Shown in pieces: positions 47,101 through 57,327 of a stretch of 64,000 nt of DNA. Source of the DNA: a virus. Each line of letters starts with the position of its first letter. Positions within the stretch are counted from its first letter, which is position 1. Made by a program: the position numbers and the translations under genes. Location of the stretch: positions 31,872 to 95,871 of IMG/VR virus record IMGVR_UViG_3300020045_009879; one strand, given 5' to 3'. The notes beneath the pieces were generated by a model. The model was not told the DNA's origin and did not search any database. It saw only the letters and a list, made by a program, of their open reading frames with translations.

Positions 47101-49167
47101 AGCGATACTAAGTGCCGTAACACTTCCTGTTCCTGTCGCAACACGTCCTATTAAAACAGAGGTGGCGACATTCTGAAACTTCGCATATGTAACGACACCT
47201 GGTTGTATTGTTGTGGCAAAAGTTCCTGTACCAGATCCTACTACGTCTGTATTAAGTGTAATTGTCTGATCCCCAGAATTACTATTTGTAAGTCCGAGGT
47301 CTATCTTTAACTGAGCAAGTGTATTAACTTCTGGTACACCAGTGCCGGCGGTTCTTCGGTATATTAAAGATGCGGTGGTAATATCCTGTATCTTAGCCAT
47401 TGTAACGGCCTTTGCCGTAATTGTCTGTGCGCCATCTGCCACAGAAGTGACCTCACCAGAATGATTTGGATGAATATAGTTATTGGCGCCATCTGAAACG
47501 TTAATAAGAGTTCTTATTTGTGACGGACTTAGTTCAGTAACACTTCCACTCCCGGATGCGATTCTACCAATTATTACAGCAGTAGATACATTCTGAAACT
47601 TTGCAAACGTAACAACTCCGGCCTGTATAGTTGTCGCAAAAGAACCAGTACCAGTACCAGAGACATCCGTTGTTAGTGTAATCGTTTGATCTCCAGAGTT
47701 AGAATTAGTTAATCCTAAATCTGTTTTTAATTGGGCGAGGGTATTAACTTCTGGTACACCAGATCCAGAAGTCCTTCTGTATATTAACGAAGAGGTTGCC
47801 ATGTCAGCCATCTTTGCAAGTGTAACAGAGGCGGTATCTATGGTCCAGATGTTTCCAATATCACCACCCGTACCGCTAACGACTATATCCCCCTTATCTC
47901 CATTCCCAATATCCAGTACACTAGAATTAATCTGAAGACTTCCACCAACCTTTATTCCACCAAGAACACTTACGGTGGCTGTAGTAAGTGTATATCCAAC
48001 ACCCTGCTGATATTGCCAAACAGAACCATCATAATGAACCTCATCTCCCAATGCAAGGGTAATACTGTTGCCACTTGGATTACCATAGTCATAGGTACCA
48101 GCAACAGCACATCTATAATACCACCCAGACGTTCCAGTATCATTAATTAGAGCGTTACCACCGACAGTTGGGATACCAGTTGAACCATTAATCGTACCCT
48201 TATAAACCTGAGATGCGGCAATTGCAACCCATGACCCAGATCCGTCCACATTGGTACATCTCCAGTAATAATCCACAGTAGCCCCAGTAGTTAATCTTAT
48301 TGTAGGTGTAGTTGCAGATGTGGCAAATAGGGCAGTCCCATTGACGTTTAATTTATACCCACTTCCAGTAGTTGTTCCTATACAAAAAGTTGTACCATCA
48401 TCATAAGTTATACTATTAACTAACTTAGATCCATCCCACTTTGGTAAATAATTAGTAGTGAGATATGCCCCATTCATCTGTGTGAATACAGTATTCCAAT
48501 TGGTGGAGTTATTCGTTAGAATAGAATAACTGCCAGATGTTGCGCCCCTGAGTATAATGCCCTCAGAAGTAAAATCTCCATCTACGACGACGTCTAAATG
48601 AGAGGTTTGCGAAGTTAAATACGTTGATGCGTCGAAGACAAAACCAACTCCATCATATTTCATGAATCCAGTTGCGAGCGTGGCAATAGTTTTATTTTTG
48701 ATCTTATCAACAGTATTAGCACCATAGGCTCCCGATACGTCTCCAGCAAGATTATGTGCTAACGATGTAAGATATCCTACCAGTGTATGATCTCCCCACC
48801 CAAAAGCAGTGTTCCAATCGGTAGAGTTATTGGTTAAGATAGAATATGACCCAGAGGTTTCACCTCTAAGTATGATGCCCTGAGAAGTAAAATCAGAATC
48901 ATATACGACCCCATCAAGACCGCCAGTTAAATCAATAAGTCTAACGGCATCATTATCATTAACTGGAGCCCCAAGATCTGTTATTTTAAAACCGCCGTGA
49001 CTCTCGTCTGCAATAAAATCAACAGTTCCATCAGCCTTAATGAAGAGGTATCCATCGGCTAACTTAGATGTTACTATACCAGCAGCAGAAGCTACATCGT
49101 CATCAATAATTTGAAGATTAACGATTTGCCTTTTCTGAATGGGACTATCAGACTTTAGTTGCGTCAT
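44188..49167 (-). CDS. Long tail fibre with C-terminal peptidase S74 intramolecular chaperone
   Basis: 1659 aa, G/T/S-rich repeats; TSDRRQKINI...YGIIAQEL...PELV...VSYTDL...LK.EV..LK. Confidence 0.85.
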   Translation of the reverse strand: MTQLKSDSPIQKRQIVNLQIIDDDVASAAGIVTSKLADGYLFIKADGTVDFIADESHGGFKITDLGAPVNDNDAVRLIDLTGGLDGVVYDSDFTSQGIILRGETSGSYSILTNNSTDWNTAFGWGDHTLVGYLTSLAHNLAGDVSGAYGANTVDKIKNKTIATLATGFMKYDGVGFVFDASTYLTSQTSHLDVVVDGDFTSEGIILRGATSGSYSILTNNSTNWNTVFTQMNGAYLTTNYLPKWDGSKLVNSITYDDGTTFCIGTTTGSGYKLNVNGTALFATSATTPTIRLTTGATVDYYWRCTNVDGSGSWVAIAASQVYKGTINGSTGIPTVGGNALINDTGTSGWYYRCAVAGTYDYGNPSGNSITLALGDEVHYDGSVWQYQQGVGYTLTTATVSVLGGIKVGGSLQINSSVLDIGNGDKGDIVVSGTGGDIGNIWTIDTASVTLAKMADMATSSLIYRRTSGSGVPEVNTLAQLKTDLGLTNSNSGDQTITLTTDVSGTGTGSFATTIQAGVVTFAKFQNVSTAVIIGRIASGSGSVTELSPSQIRTLINVSDGANNYIHPNHSGEVTSVADGAQTITAKAVTMAKIQDITTASLIYRRTAGTGVPEVNTLAQLKIDLGLTNSNSGDQTITLNTDVVGSGTGTFATTIQPGVVTYAKFQNVATSVLIGRVATGTGSVTALSIAQVQTLLNVADGANAYVHPHHGRSGTGDATSVGDADITINARAVTFPKVRSIDTASILGRLTASTGDIEVLTLAQVRTMLYPTSPLVNTLTDGYIFVGNSSNVATGVPVTSQISITNAGVATISNAAVIAKVLTGYTATSGTITAADSILTALQKVGYNQHVPVTLKTGSKTYIELVGQEINATAIDLGGTYITGTISSTVLGNSSFYIGTTQIALNRTSAAQSLTGITSIDGSAAKWTTARLLGGNSVDGSANVPLANKFIVQGTTDSGLTNAQFLGALTTGLVKNTTSTGVLSITPDNTANWDIAYNDRVISASFDNDTGDLTITQQDAGTVVANLDWRYMLKEGRLLNDQWFESYDYAGNITNVFKVSKDNLIEFGNNVGIQSLYTVADAGKVTLAEMPVVYSSAGLEMSYCLSIDGGGQFKVIGITDGVGGLSSDYVLVDTELHISSILHATPYTEDKILVSALGIVKYVSGSELIEDLGLDTRYLIFKTISLSSDSGFTWGSSSVVADLYNDTLTLVAGTNISIYTDAANDAIKISNTYSYTHPAKTWVDKSDLSGVSIISNLTIDSLGHPTGWTTRSLTLTDLGYSGDSQADHYQYWTINGDTGTENIGIMGSVTFVGGDALTTVYAPSTNTLTINHEDTSTATNLTASGRTYVTGLTFDTYGHTTGYTTGTETTIWVANSLNVAGYVAAPGAVANKVWKTDVSGNPSWRDDTDTLYYPGSFLTGTTTLSLNVSGSVSGGQIPFFSATQLNTDNSFYYSASTQYTPNLVASGLVQSNTIKIVSGAASGKVLVSDSVGNGVWTAQSFTDTNYYPTGMSFATGTGVLTMSGIGMSNVTVSLDGRYSLSDHTHTTYVPYTGATGSVTLGSWDLSAHEVTATSDRRQKINITPIELKPISAEYVQYNPVTRPDQLKYGIIAQELLKDNPELVRGNYDDGYQVSYTDLLIKEVAYLKDEVRKLKLLVYGN
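46992..47831 (-). repeat. Tandem duplication of about 420 bp (140 aa) within the long tail fibre
   Basis: gtattaacttctggtacacc occurs at 47321 and 47741; SLIYRRT.G.GVPEVNTLAQLK.DLGLTNSNSGDQTITL occurs twice. Confidence 0.9.
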
Positions 49168-49169
49168 TA

Positions 49170-49889
49170 TTAAACTCTTTTATATTCTACTATTAATCCA
49201 CTCGCTGTTTCTGGCGGCCAAAAAATCCATACTACCCAAGAGTCGTCTCCTCCGTCAGCAATAGCCCAAAACTCTTCCTTAAAGCCAAGGTCTGGACTAG
49301 AACCCTTTCTTTGTTCTACACCATTGACATGAAGTCTTACTGATCCGGGAACAAAATCATATATAGTTGTAAATCTTTGTCTAGTATCATCTGGTAGTTC
49401 ATTGAACCCGTAGTCTAACTGATCTGTTACGTCTACTATCTGCTCGAAATTGAGAGCATTCATTCCAGCAGCATAATCAGGGTCAATCATATGCTGATAG
49501 GTAGAAGGCGTTCTTATAAAGTCCCTATATGCTAAATCAGAACCTATTGGGAATGATCCAGTTATGGGAGTGTTGCCAATGATCTGTGGAATTGGATCTC
49601 CGGAGTATTGAGTATTTGGCAAGGTTGGTTCTTCATATAGAATATCTAACTCTAAATATTTTCCGTTGACAGTTACTATAGCATTAATCTCATACCTATC
49701 ATACACAACATAACCATCTTCGTGGTAGCCACGCATAATAATTTTATCATTTAATGATGCCGCATTAGCAAGAAAAGACCCAGTTGGATCTTCTATTGTC
49801 CCCGAAACTCTCCATATATTGTTAGAGGGATCAGATGCAGCAAAGTCTATAGATGATAGATCATACCTTGCTATGAATAATTTGCTCAT
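49170..49889 (-). CDS. Hypothetical structural protein in the fibre cluster
   Basis: 239 aa; FVPGSVRLHVNGVEQ beta motif. Confidence 0.6.
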   Translation of the reverse strand: MSKLFIARYDLSSIDFAASDPSNNIWRVSGTIEDPTGSFLANAASLNDKIIMRGYHEDGYVVYDRYEINAIVTVNGKYLELDILYEEPTLPNTQYSGDPIPQIIGNTPITGSFPIGSDLAYRDFIRTPSTYQHMIDPDYAAGMNALNFEQIVDVTDQLDYGFNELPDDTRQRFTTIYDFVPGSVRLHVNGVEQRKGSSPDLGFKEEFWAIADGGDDSWVVWIFWPPETASGLIVEYKRV

Positions 49890-51604
49890 TAGAAGAGTAG
49901 TCTAATATGATTCGTAGTTGTATTAATTAATCCATTGATAGTTGCCTCATCAAATACTGATGCACTTGGAACTATATTAACAACCATTAATTGTGCTCGC
50001 GTATCTTCCCTCCATGCTTGAACCATTGGCACCCATCTATTATTAATAGAAGAGTTTCCCATATCGTCTGTATCCATTTTTACGGTAAGACTGCTATATG
50101 CCCCAAAACGTATTTTAGAAGAGACAATATGTGTGCCTGCTGGAATGACGTATGTTAATACCTGTCCAGCAAAAGACGCTGTAATACCAGTCTTATTTGC
50201 AAGAACCTCAACTTCGGAACCAGAAGTGGCCACTACAGTATATCTATATAATGCTGGAACAGAAATATCTACGCCATGAAGAGTGGCATCGACTGGATCA
50301 TATACTATATCATTAAATGTCGCGGTACTGTCCGTGGATGTTAGTTCATGTATAAATGCGTCTGGATTAGTGGCAAGATAATATTCATCTGATGTATATG
50401 CGTTAGTACCAAGGCCTAACCACGTCTGCACTACGGTATCAGAGAACCGTCTAATAGTACCATTAGCAACCTCAAATCCAGCAACACTACCAAGTGCAGT
50501 AGAATCATCTGTTGGCGTAGTGGTTGTGATATATCCAGCCGTTAATTCGGCAAATGTAACTGTGTTGGTGGTACTAAGTCTCTGGTTTTCTAATAATTGA
50601 AATATTGATCCGTCAAGCATTGCATCAAAACGACCCCAATCATATGCACTAAGAGCACCATCTGTGGCTACTCCAGCATATGCAAGTGACAACACCTGCC
50701 CCGCCAAAGATAATCCATGCGCAGTTCCAATAGTTACAGCAGAGTGCCTTGCGGCAGTATTCGCAGCGACAATAGTGTTGGCAGTTACTGACGCAGAAAA
50801 ATCGCTTACCTGCGAAGTGGTTATAACAATGCCGGTAGTCTTGTCCCATGCTGTAAATATAGGGTCTGTCTCTGAGGTTTCAGAGGTAAGATATCCAGCC
50901 AGTGAATGATCACCCCAGGAATATGCAGAATCCCAATTTGTAATTCTTGGGTCAGAATCTGATAAATATGGGTGAGTATGATATACAGAGAAATAACTGT
51001 CGCTATGGCCATTTAGAAACTCAGCATTGAGGCTTGTCACTAAAGTAGCGTTATCCATTGTTCCACCTGAAAGTGGCAAATAAGTGTGTGTATGGCCCGC
51101 TAAGGCATAACCTGTTAAATCTGTAGATAATGCATATCCGATTAAAGAATGGTCACCCCATGAAAACGCTTCATCCCAATTTATAATGTCTCCGGACGTA
51201 ATATCTGCACTCGGCATAACTACTGGATCAACACTTACAACGCCGGCTGTTATAATAAGGCCATTCCCAATTTTTATGCCGCCAAGAACGGTGTCGGTTG
51301 CAATCGGCAAAGAATATGGAGTGATTGCCCCATAAGTCCAAACCCCTCCTGCACCCATGACCATATAATTACCTTCTGGTGCGTCTGGAAGATTAGGGTC
51401 TACATCATAGAAATTATTAATCGTAGTAGCATTAATAATATCATTGACAATATTATTAACTTCTGTGATATTAGTAATTCCAGATGCAGTGCCAAGAGTG
51501 TCGGAGGTATCTTTTACAAATTGTAAAGCACTTGGAACAGAGTATTCCCCAAGTTCAGTGGTGGTATCGACACCTCTCCATATATTTTCTCCGCCGAGTT
51601 TCAT
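49889..51604 (-). CDS. Tail fibre-like protein
   Basis: YSLPIATDTVLGGIKIG, HTHTYLPLSGGTM and two NWDxAxSWGDH repeats. Confidence 0.75.
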   Translation of the reverse strand: MKLGGENIWRGVDTTTELGEYSVPSALQFVKDTSDTLGTASGITNITEVNNIVNDIINATTINNFYDVDPNLPDAPEGNYMVMGAGGVWTYGAITPYSLPIATDTVLGGIKIGNGLIITAGVVSVDPVVMPSADITSGDIINWDEAFSWGDHSLIGYALSTDLTGYALAGHTHTYLPLSGGTMDNATLVTSLNAEFLNGHSDSYFSVYHTHPYLSDSDPRITNWDSAYSWGDHSLAGYLTSETSETDPIFTAWDKTTGIVITTSQVSDFSASVTANTIVAANTAARHSAVTIGTAHGLSLAGQVLSLAYAGVATDGALSAYDWGRFDAMLDGSIFQLLENQRLSTTNTVTFAELTAGYITTTTPTDDSTALGSVAGFEVANGTIRRFSDTVVQTWLGLGTNAYTSDEYYLATNPDAFIHELTSTDSTATFNDIVYDPVDATLHGVDISVPALYRYTVVATSGSEVEVLANKTGITASFAGQVLTYVIPAGTHIVSSKIRFGAYSSLTVKMDTDDMGNSSINNRWVPMVQAWREDTRAQLMVVNIVPSASVFDEATINGLINTTTNHIRLLF

Positions 51605-51665
51605 ATTATGTTGTTATAGTTTTTAAATAATTCCAATTTTGAGAGTTAAAATCCGTTGCAGGTGT

Positions 51666-53255
51666 TTAGAAATTTGTGTCGTAAACCAGCTTCCGTTGAT
51701 CTGTATCTAATAATCTACTCCAAAGATTTATATTAGAAAGAAGTCCATTATACCCACGAATAGGATTACTGCTAAGTAGGTTCCCGATTGTCCACGTCGT
51801 CCCACTTGCGGGCGTTCCTGCTGCCTGATTTGCCGTCCCGCTTAAAACGCCATTGATATAAAAATTTGTAACACCAGCAGAAGTTGACGTTATCAATAAA
51901 TGAACCCACGTATTTATTGGAACAGAAGATGCTGCTGGATAAATAAAGGTTGACCCATTTCGGGAAAAGGCAACTGAATTACTTGCGTCATCCAGCCACA
52001 ATATAAATTTGGTATTAATCAAAATACGCCCTGCCTGACCCTCATTGTTTCCCTGTGTATTCAGCCAGCAACTAAATGTAACATCTCCCGTAAGTCCGTT
52101 CATATTTGTATATTCCAAATACGAAGTATCCCCATTAAAATACGTCCCCCCCAAATTACTCGCAGGTGGCACTACCAAGCTCGTCCCACTGTTGGTGGCG
52201 GTCAAGGTGTTTGTGCGGTCGTACCAGTATCCACTGGTAGCATTGGAGAGACCAGAGGCGTTGAGGTCGAGAACGCAGCCGAGTTGGATGACTGAGACAT
52301 TTGCAATGTCAACTGAACCAGTAGGGGATCCATCAACACCTAATACTACATATGCCCTATACGCATTTGTAGTAGAAACTGTTGTATAACTATGCACACC
52401 TACTGAAATAGGGAGCCCGCTTACATCGGAAGACACCTCTTGGCCTGTCCAACCAAGCACTTTCAATGACGTTGCGCTTGATGTATTTGCTAAAACTTCA
52501 TACGTGATCTTAATGGGTTTATTAGCGTCCACAATAGGTGCCCCTGTATGCCATTGTACATAAGGACCTGTGGTTATTGTTTTAGTAGCAGCATCTGTAA
52601 ATTTAGGATTCCCCGTAGTCCCCCTATCAACCCACTCAATAGGGTATTCAGGCTTGCTGTAATTCGTAATCTGCTGAGCAGTGAGGGCGTAGTTGAAGAT
52701 CCTAACGAGACTATATTCTGCTAATTGGCCTGTTTCTAAAATTATACTATTTGCTACATTGTAATTTTGAGTATCAGTAATACTATTATCTTCAATACCA
52801 TTAATGATATATGTCCCAGTAGTTCCACTACGCTTGTACCCTATTATCGTATATTCATTAGCAATTACAGATGACGTACTTGTCGCATGGTGTAGTACCT
52901 GACTCTCCCATGCCTCTAACTTCCCATTTGTGCCGACAGACAATACTAAAGATTCCGCATATGCACCACCTCCAGAGCTAAATACTTCAGAATAAGTAGT
53001 TACATTCACCAATCTAATTTTAATAAGTATTGTAAAATCTCCAGTTCCAAATGCAGGAATAGTCGGTAACGTAGTATAACTACTCGTTCCATTATAATTT
53101 ATTGATCTTCTGCCACTTCCCTGCTCATCTAACACTGGGTAGCAATCTGTCGGAGTTCCAATTGTGCCACTTATTTCATCGCGAGATGGATTCCATTCAC
53201 TGCCTTCCCATCTGAAAATAAGTGATTTTTGAAGTTCGCTTAATTGATTACTCAT
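51666..53255 (-). CDS. Tandem LamG/concanavalin A-like lectin-domain protein (putative receptor-binding)
   Basis: Two YNG/FNG..SY...FTI/TFSCW...YING...RIFNYALT/NLWSRLL repeats. Confidence 0.8.
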   Translation of the reverse strand: MSNQLSELQKSLIFRWEGSEWNPSRDEISGTIGTPTDCYPVLDEQGSGRRSINYNGTSSYTTLPTIPAFGTGDFTILIKIRLVNVTTYSEVFSSGGGAYAESLVLSVGTNGKLEAWESQVLHHATSTSSVIANEYTIIGYKRSGTTGTYIINGIEDNSITDTQNYNVANSIILETGQLAEYSLVRIFNYALTAQQITNYSKPEYPIEWVDRGTTGNPKFTDAATKTITTGPYVQWHTGAPIVDANKPIKITYEVLANTSSATSLKVLGWTGQEVSSDVSGLPISVGVHSYTTVSTTNAYRAYVVLGVDGSPTGSVDIANVSVIQLGCVLDLNASGLSNATSGYWYDRTNTLTATNSGTSLVVPPASNLGGTYFNGDTSYLEYTNMNGLTGDVTFSCWLNTQGNNEGQAGRILINTKFILWLDDASNSVAFSRNGSTFIYPAASSVPINTWVHLLITSTSAGVTNFYINGVLSGTANQAAGTPASGTTWTIGNLLSSNPIRGYNGLLSNINLWSRLLDTDQRKLVYDTNF

Positions 53256-53838
53256 TACTATTTTCTCCTATATTTTTATATTTCCAAATAAACCCTTTTG
53301 CTGTTTTGTTATCTCTATATCCCTTGCATACTGCAGTAATCACAGAACCACTACAACCAACTTCCGAACTAGCATTTACAATTGAATCGAATGATTTTAT
53401 ATAATTGCCAGAGGCATCAAATTGGTCTACAGATTTTACTCTTTGTCTGTTTGACTCAATAACGCTTTGTATTTGTGCTTCATATGATTTATGTCCAATT
53501 TTCTTATTACTCATCTTGTTTTTTGTCTCTTTTGTATGAGTATGATTTTTACCGCCACATGCGATATTCAAACCAATGGGAACCCTTGCATTTAAATCTA
53601 TTATATACTGTTGTTCTAATATATTTAATACGGACATAGTGTTCTCATCACGTTCCACTAATTCAACTACATCAAAACTATGGTTTTCAACACCATATTT
53701 CATTAGAGAATTATATAATAAATTCTGATCTTTACATTTATATTTTCTATAATCGTTCCACCTATTCTCTATATTGATACTTTGTCCCACATAAACCCTT
53801 CCGCTCGGACTTGTAATTTTATAAATTCCTGCACCCAT
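53248..53838 (-). mobile_element. Free-standing GIY-YIG homing endonuclease with NUMOD3/NUMOD1-like DNA-binding modules
   Basis: GIYKITSPSGRVYVGQS..I..RW..Y; HTKETKNKMS; VDQFD..G.YIKSFDSI..AS...I..VCKG...TAKGFIWKY. Confidence 0.9.
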
Positions 53839-53847
53839 ATTTTTATT

Positions 53848-56800
53848 TTACGTTAATAACCCTAGCGCCGTTAATTTTGTCTGCAACTCTGCTACTCTTG
53901 TCTGTAGATTCAGTATAGTAGAAAGTACGGTATTTCCCTCGTCTTTTGTTACAAAACCAAATCCACCAGAATCTACTAAGTCTTGTATCGCATAATCTGG
54001 TGTTCCTGGTGCTGTGTGAGTAATACTGGTTAATTGTGTTGTTAATGCCGTTGGTCTTACTACTGGGGTAACACCATAAAATCCAAGATGAGTTCCAAGG
54101 AATTGCATAGTGGTAGTGTCTACGTCGCCAGCACCATCTGAAAGAGCACCAACCTTAAATATCCTTGTTCCACCAACAGTAATACCGACGCCATGTTCGG
54201 TACCATCTGCACTAGTGCTATCTACTGGTATATCCACAATATCATTAAATCCGCTATTCAACACATGATAAAATGCGCATATTTTCACCGCACTCGCGAA
54301 TTCCAACACATTATCAGCAGACAATTTAAACAGATTACTTGTTCCACCAGCGTAATTTAATGCTGTCAACCAGGTATCATTAGCCAGGGGTGGCAACTCT
54401 GTCATCAACATCTGGTGCCATGTTGGTGCTGTACCATTAGTGCCCGTACCAGTTTGTGATAAGAATTTAAGTGTGGTAGATGTATTAGGTGCAAGCATTG
54501 TGGTAGTATCAGTATTTGACTGATATCCAATAGATCCCAATAATGTAGTAGAATTACCACCTACAAGATTTGTTGCTTTTGCTGCGGTTCCATCAATACT
54601 TGTTATACCCGTAAGTACTAAAGCTGCACTGGCCCTATTAATTGCAACCTGTGTTGTGCCAATATAAAACTGTTGATCCACAAGTGCATCAGAGGAGGCA
54701 TGTCCGGTTAATGCTCCTGTAAATGTTGTTGCTCCAACGGCAGTAAAAGATGGACTTGATGTGGTTGTTAATGCCTGATTGATTCCTGTTAGGTTGGAGT
54801 TATAGGCCTGAACATTTGTTCCTATAACCAAACCCAATGTTGTTGGTGTAACTGCTGCCGCAGCTCCTGCGACATCATATGCAGTAGATGCTGTGTATGC
54901 CGCAGTACCTAATGCGCTTGGGCTCCATTCTATATCTGTTGCAGATGCAATTAAAACCTTTCCTGTCGGTGTAGCAGGAAATGCTAGTCTTGCCCACTTA
55001 GGGGTCGAATTGCCGATAATAATATCTCCCCTGATAACAGTATCAGCCAGAGTATCTCCATGAGTTGCGGAGAGTAAATTATGTGCTGTGACTGATGTTA
55101 AATATGTATTTGTGTCTAATCCAAAAGTTCCAGTAGCACTCATCTTTACAAACGAGGTACTGGCAAAACTTAATGCATTGAGAGACACTAAATTCGTAGC
55201 TAGTGTCCATGCGGGCGTAAACGGAGTAGCACCGGTAACTAATATCTCATTAGCTTGAGAACCGTTGCCAATAAAACCCAATCCTGCAGTTATCGCATGA
55301 GAGTGAGTGTTAGTAGATACAGCATTACTCGTACTAGACGTAACCGTGGACGGGGTACCCATATTAAGAACCTGAGTACTAAGTGCTAATCCACTATCAG
55401 TTGCAAGAGTTATGGCATCATGTAGATTAGATGTAAGTGCAACTGTGCCAGATGCATTTGGAAAAGTATATGTTCTTTCTGCCGCAAGAGAGGAGAGTAG
55501 AAATATCGCTGAATAACTTGTTGCAGGTGCTCTTAACTCGAATCCCGTTCGCGCACCTGAAGTGGTCAACCATCCGGTTATTACATTATTTTCTTCAATT
55601 TCAAAACCGGAAGACACACCACTAGCAACACCTCCATTAACATTAAGCGTAATAAGTTTGTCTACTACTTTTAAGTCAGTGGCATACTGATATGATACAA
55701 CTCCATTAATATTGACAGTCGAACTTGCATACCCAATATTGATAATATCCGCATTAGTTGTACCAATATTTAATACATCTGAACCTACAGTTGAAACTAC
55801 ATCAATAATAGAATTGTTAGCAAAATACATATTACCAAGTCCAGTATCGCCAGATTTTATAATATAGACATTGGTATCTAATCCAAATGTATTTGCTCCG
55901 GTCATCTTTACAAATGATGTAGAAGCATATGTAAGACTTGAAATAGATGTTAGATTGCTAGATGCCGATTGGTAATTAGTTATATTATAGTTAAAATCAA
56001 AATATCCACCAACTTGATCCCATACGGGGAATTGTCCAGTAACAGTTAATGCTGTGCCATTAATATCAGATAATGCTGCTAATGTTTTATGTCTGTTAAT
56101 TGATATCTCGATAGTCCCCTGAGTTGCATGCACTATTCCAACGGTGGCTACTGTATCGGCATAATTTGGCGCCGCCGGTTCAATGTTGGTCAACTGTCCT
56201 GCTACCGTCTTTGAAACATACAACAGATCATTCGTGACCCATGTAGTCCCCCAGTCACCATTCCCAGTATAGTCAGTCTTAATTCCGCGAACATATCCAA
56301 ATGTTGTTATAAATCCAAATCCTGGCGATGCTATATCCTGCGTTGCAACCCCCCTGACTCTTGCCGTTGATTCCGAATCGCTACGAGCCTTCCTGACATC
56401 TGAATATGCGCCCGTTCTACCTGAGACATATACGACCTGTCCATTTGATATGGTCTCGTATCCAGCGGCATTTCTTACTTTTGTGAACAGTTCTTGTCCT
56501 AACTGCATTGTAATATCTCCACCAGACATTCCGAGGTCCAACGTACCATCAGTTGAATTCCATCTAAGTAAACCTTCTGCAATATTCGTAGTTGAGGGAG
56601 TTATATCAAATTGTATCCCCTCAAATATTGGAGACCCATTTGTTACTGATTGTGGGGTTGTTTGGTCTAATAGAAGTGCCGACCCAGAACCCAGGAAATA
56701 ACTAGAGTCATGCCCGTCAAATAGATCTGCATTTAAATTAGTAACTACCGTTGTACTTGCAACAGTAAATGGCGCAGTACCCGTGGTTACGGTTGACGTA

Positions 56801-57309
56801 ATTGTACTTGCCGTTATAGACGTACTATCTATATCTGATGCCCACAACTTCGTAAGTCTTGTTCCAGTCAGACCAATAGTCTGTCCGATAGTTTGATCAA
56901 CCTTAATAATACCAGCCTCTATAAGAGTATTATTTGCCCATGTGCCACCAGTCCACCGAAGTATTTCTCCATCAGAATTAGCACTAACAGTAACATTTGT
57001 AAGTGCATCTAATGAATGATTGTGTGCTAATAATGAATATAACCCAGCATGGTTTCCCCATCCGTAAGCCGTTTCTCCATTAATAATACGAGAATCGTTT
57101 CCTTGGGCAACAGTATCTGCGATAGTACCAAATGCTTTATTAAAGGCTGATAGTTTTGTTATCGCAGGTTCTTTGGCATTGAATATAGCCCAGTCTACGG
57201 CGGTTAGGTATCCGTTGGTAAGCGCAGAAGCAGGACCCATAGAAGCAACATTATTCAACGCCATTGACGCATCTATACCACTAAATGGACTTATATTTCC
57301 AAAACTCAT
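53848..57309 (-). CDS. Tail fibre-like protein
   Basis: 1153 aa; TGTAPFTVASTTVVTNLNADLFDG, fibre repeats, C-terminal coiled coil. Confidence 0.78.
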   Translation of the reverse strand: MSFGNISPFSGIDASMALNNVASMGPASALTNGYLTAVDWAIFNAKEPAITKLSAFNKAFGTIADTVAQGNDSRIINGETAYGWGNHAGLYSLLAHNHSLDALTNVTVSANSDGEILRWTGGTWANNTLIEAGIIKVDQTIGQTIGLTGTRLTKLWASDIDSTSITASTITSTVTTGTAPFTVASTTVVTNLNADLFDGHDSSYFLGSGSALLLDQTTPQSVTNGSPIFEGIQFDITPSTTNIAEGLLRWNSTDGTLDLGMSGGDITMQLGQELFTKVRNAAGYETISNGQVVYVSGRTGAYSDVRKARSDSESTARVRGVATQDIASPGFGFITTFGYVRGIKTDYTGNGDWGTTWVTNDLLYVSKTVAGQLTNIEPAAPNYADTVATVGIVHATQGTIEISINRHKTLAALSDINGTALTVTGQFPVWDQVGGYFDFNYNITNYQSASSNLTSISSLTYASTSFVKMTGANTFGLDTNVYIIKSGDTGLGNMYFANNSIIDVVSTVGSDVLNIGTTNADIINIGYASSTVNINGVVSYQYATDLKVVDKLITLNVNGGVASGVSSGFEIEENNVITGWLTTSGARTGFELRAPATSYSAIFLLSSLAAERTYTFPNASGTVALTSNLHDAITLATDSGLALSTQVLNMGTPSTVTSSTSNAVSTNTHSHAITAGLGFIGNGSQANEILVTGATPFTPAWTLATNLVSLNALSFASTSFVKMSATGTFGLDTNTYLTSVTAHNLLSATHGDTLADTVIRGDIIIGNSTPKWARLAFPATPTGKVLIASATDIEWSPSALGTAAYTASTAYDVAGAAAAVTPTTLGLVIGTNVQAYNSNLTGINQALTTTSSPSFTAVGATTFTGALTGHASSDALVDQQFYIGTTQVAINRASAALVLTGITSIDGTAAKATNLVGGNSTTLLGSIGYQSNTDTTTMLAPNTSTTLKFLSQTGTGTNGTAPTWHQMLMTELPPLANDTWLTALNYAGGTSNLFKLSADNVLEFASAVKICAFYHVLNSGFNDIVDIPVDSTSADGTEHGVGITVGGTRIFKVGALSDGAGDVDTTTMQFLGTHLGFYGVTPVVRPTALTTQLTSITHTAPGTPDYAIQDLVDSGGFGFVTKDEGNTVLSTILNLQTRVAELQTKLTALGLLT

Positions 57310-57327
57310 ATTACTCGATATTATATA

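Noticed and set aside
53248-53847. Group I intron around the GIY-YIG gene
   Set aside because: The ORF abuts complete genes on both sides (9-nt gap and 8-nt overlap), leaving no room for a ribozyme core
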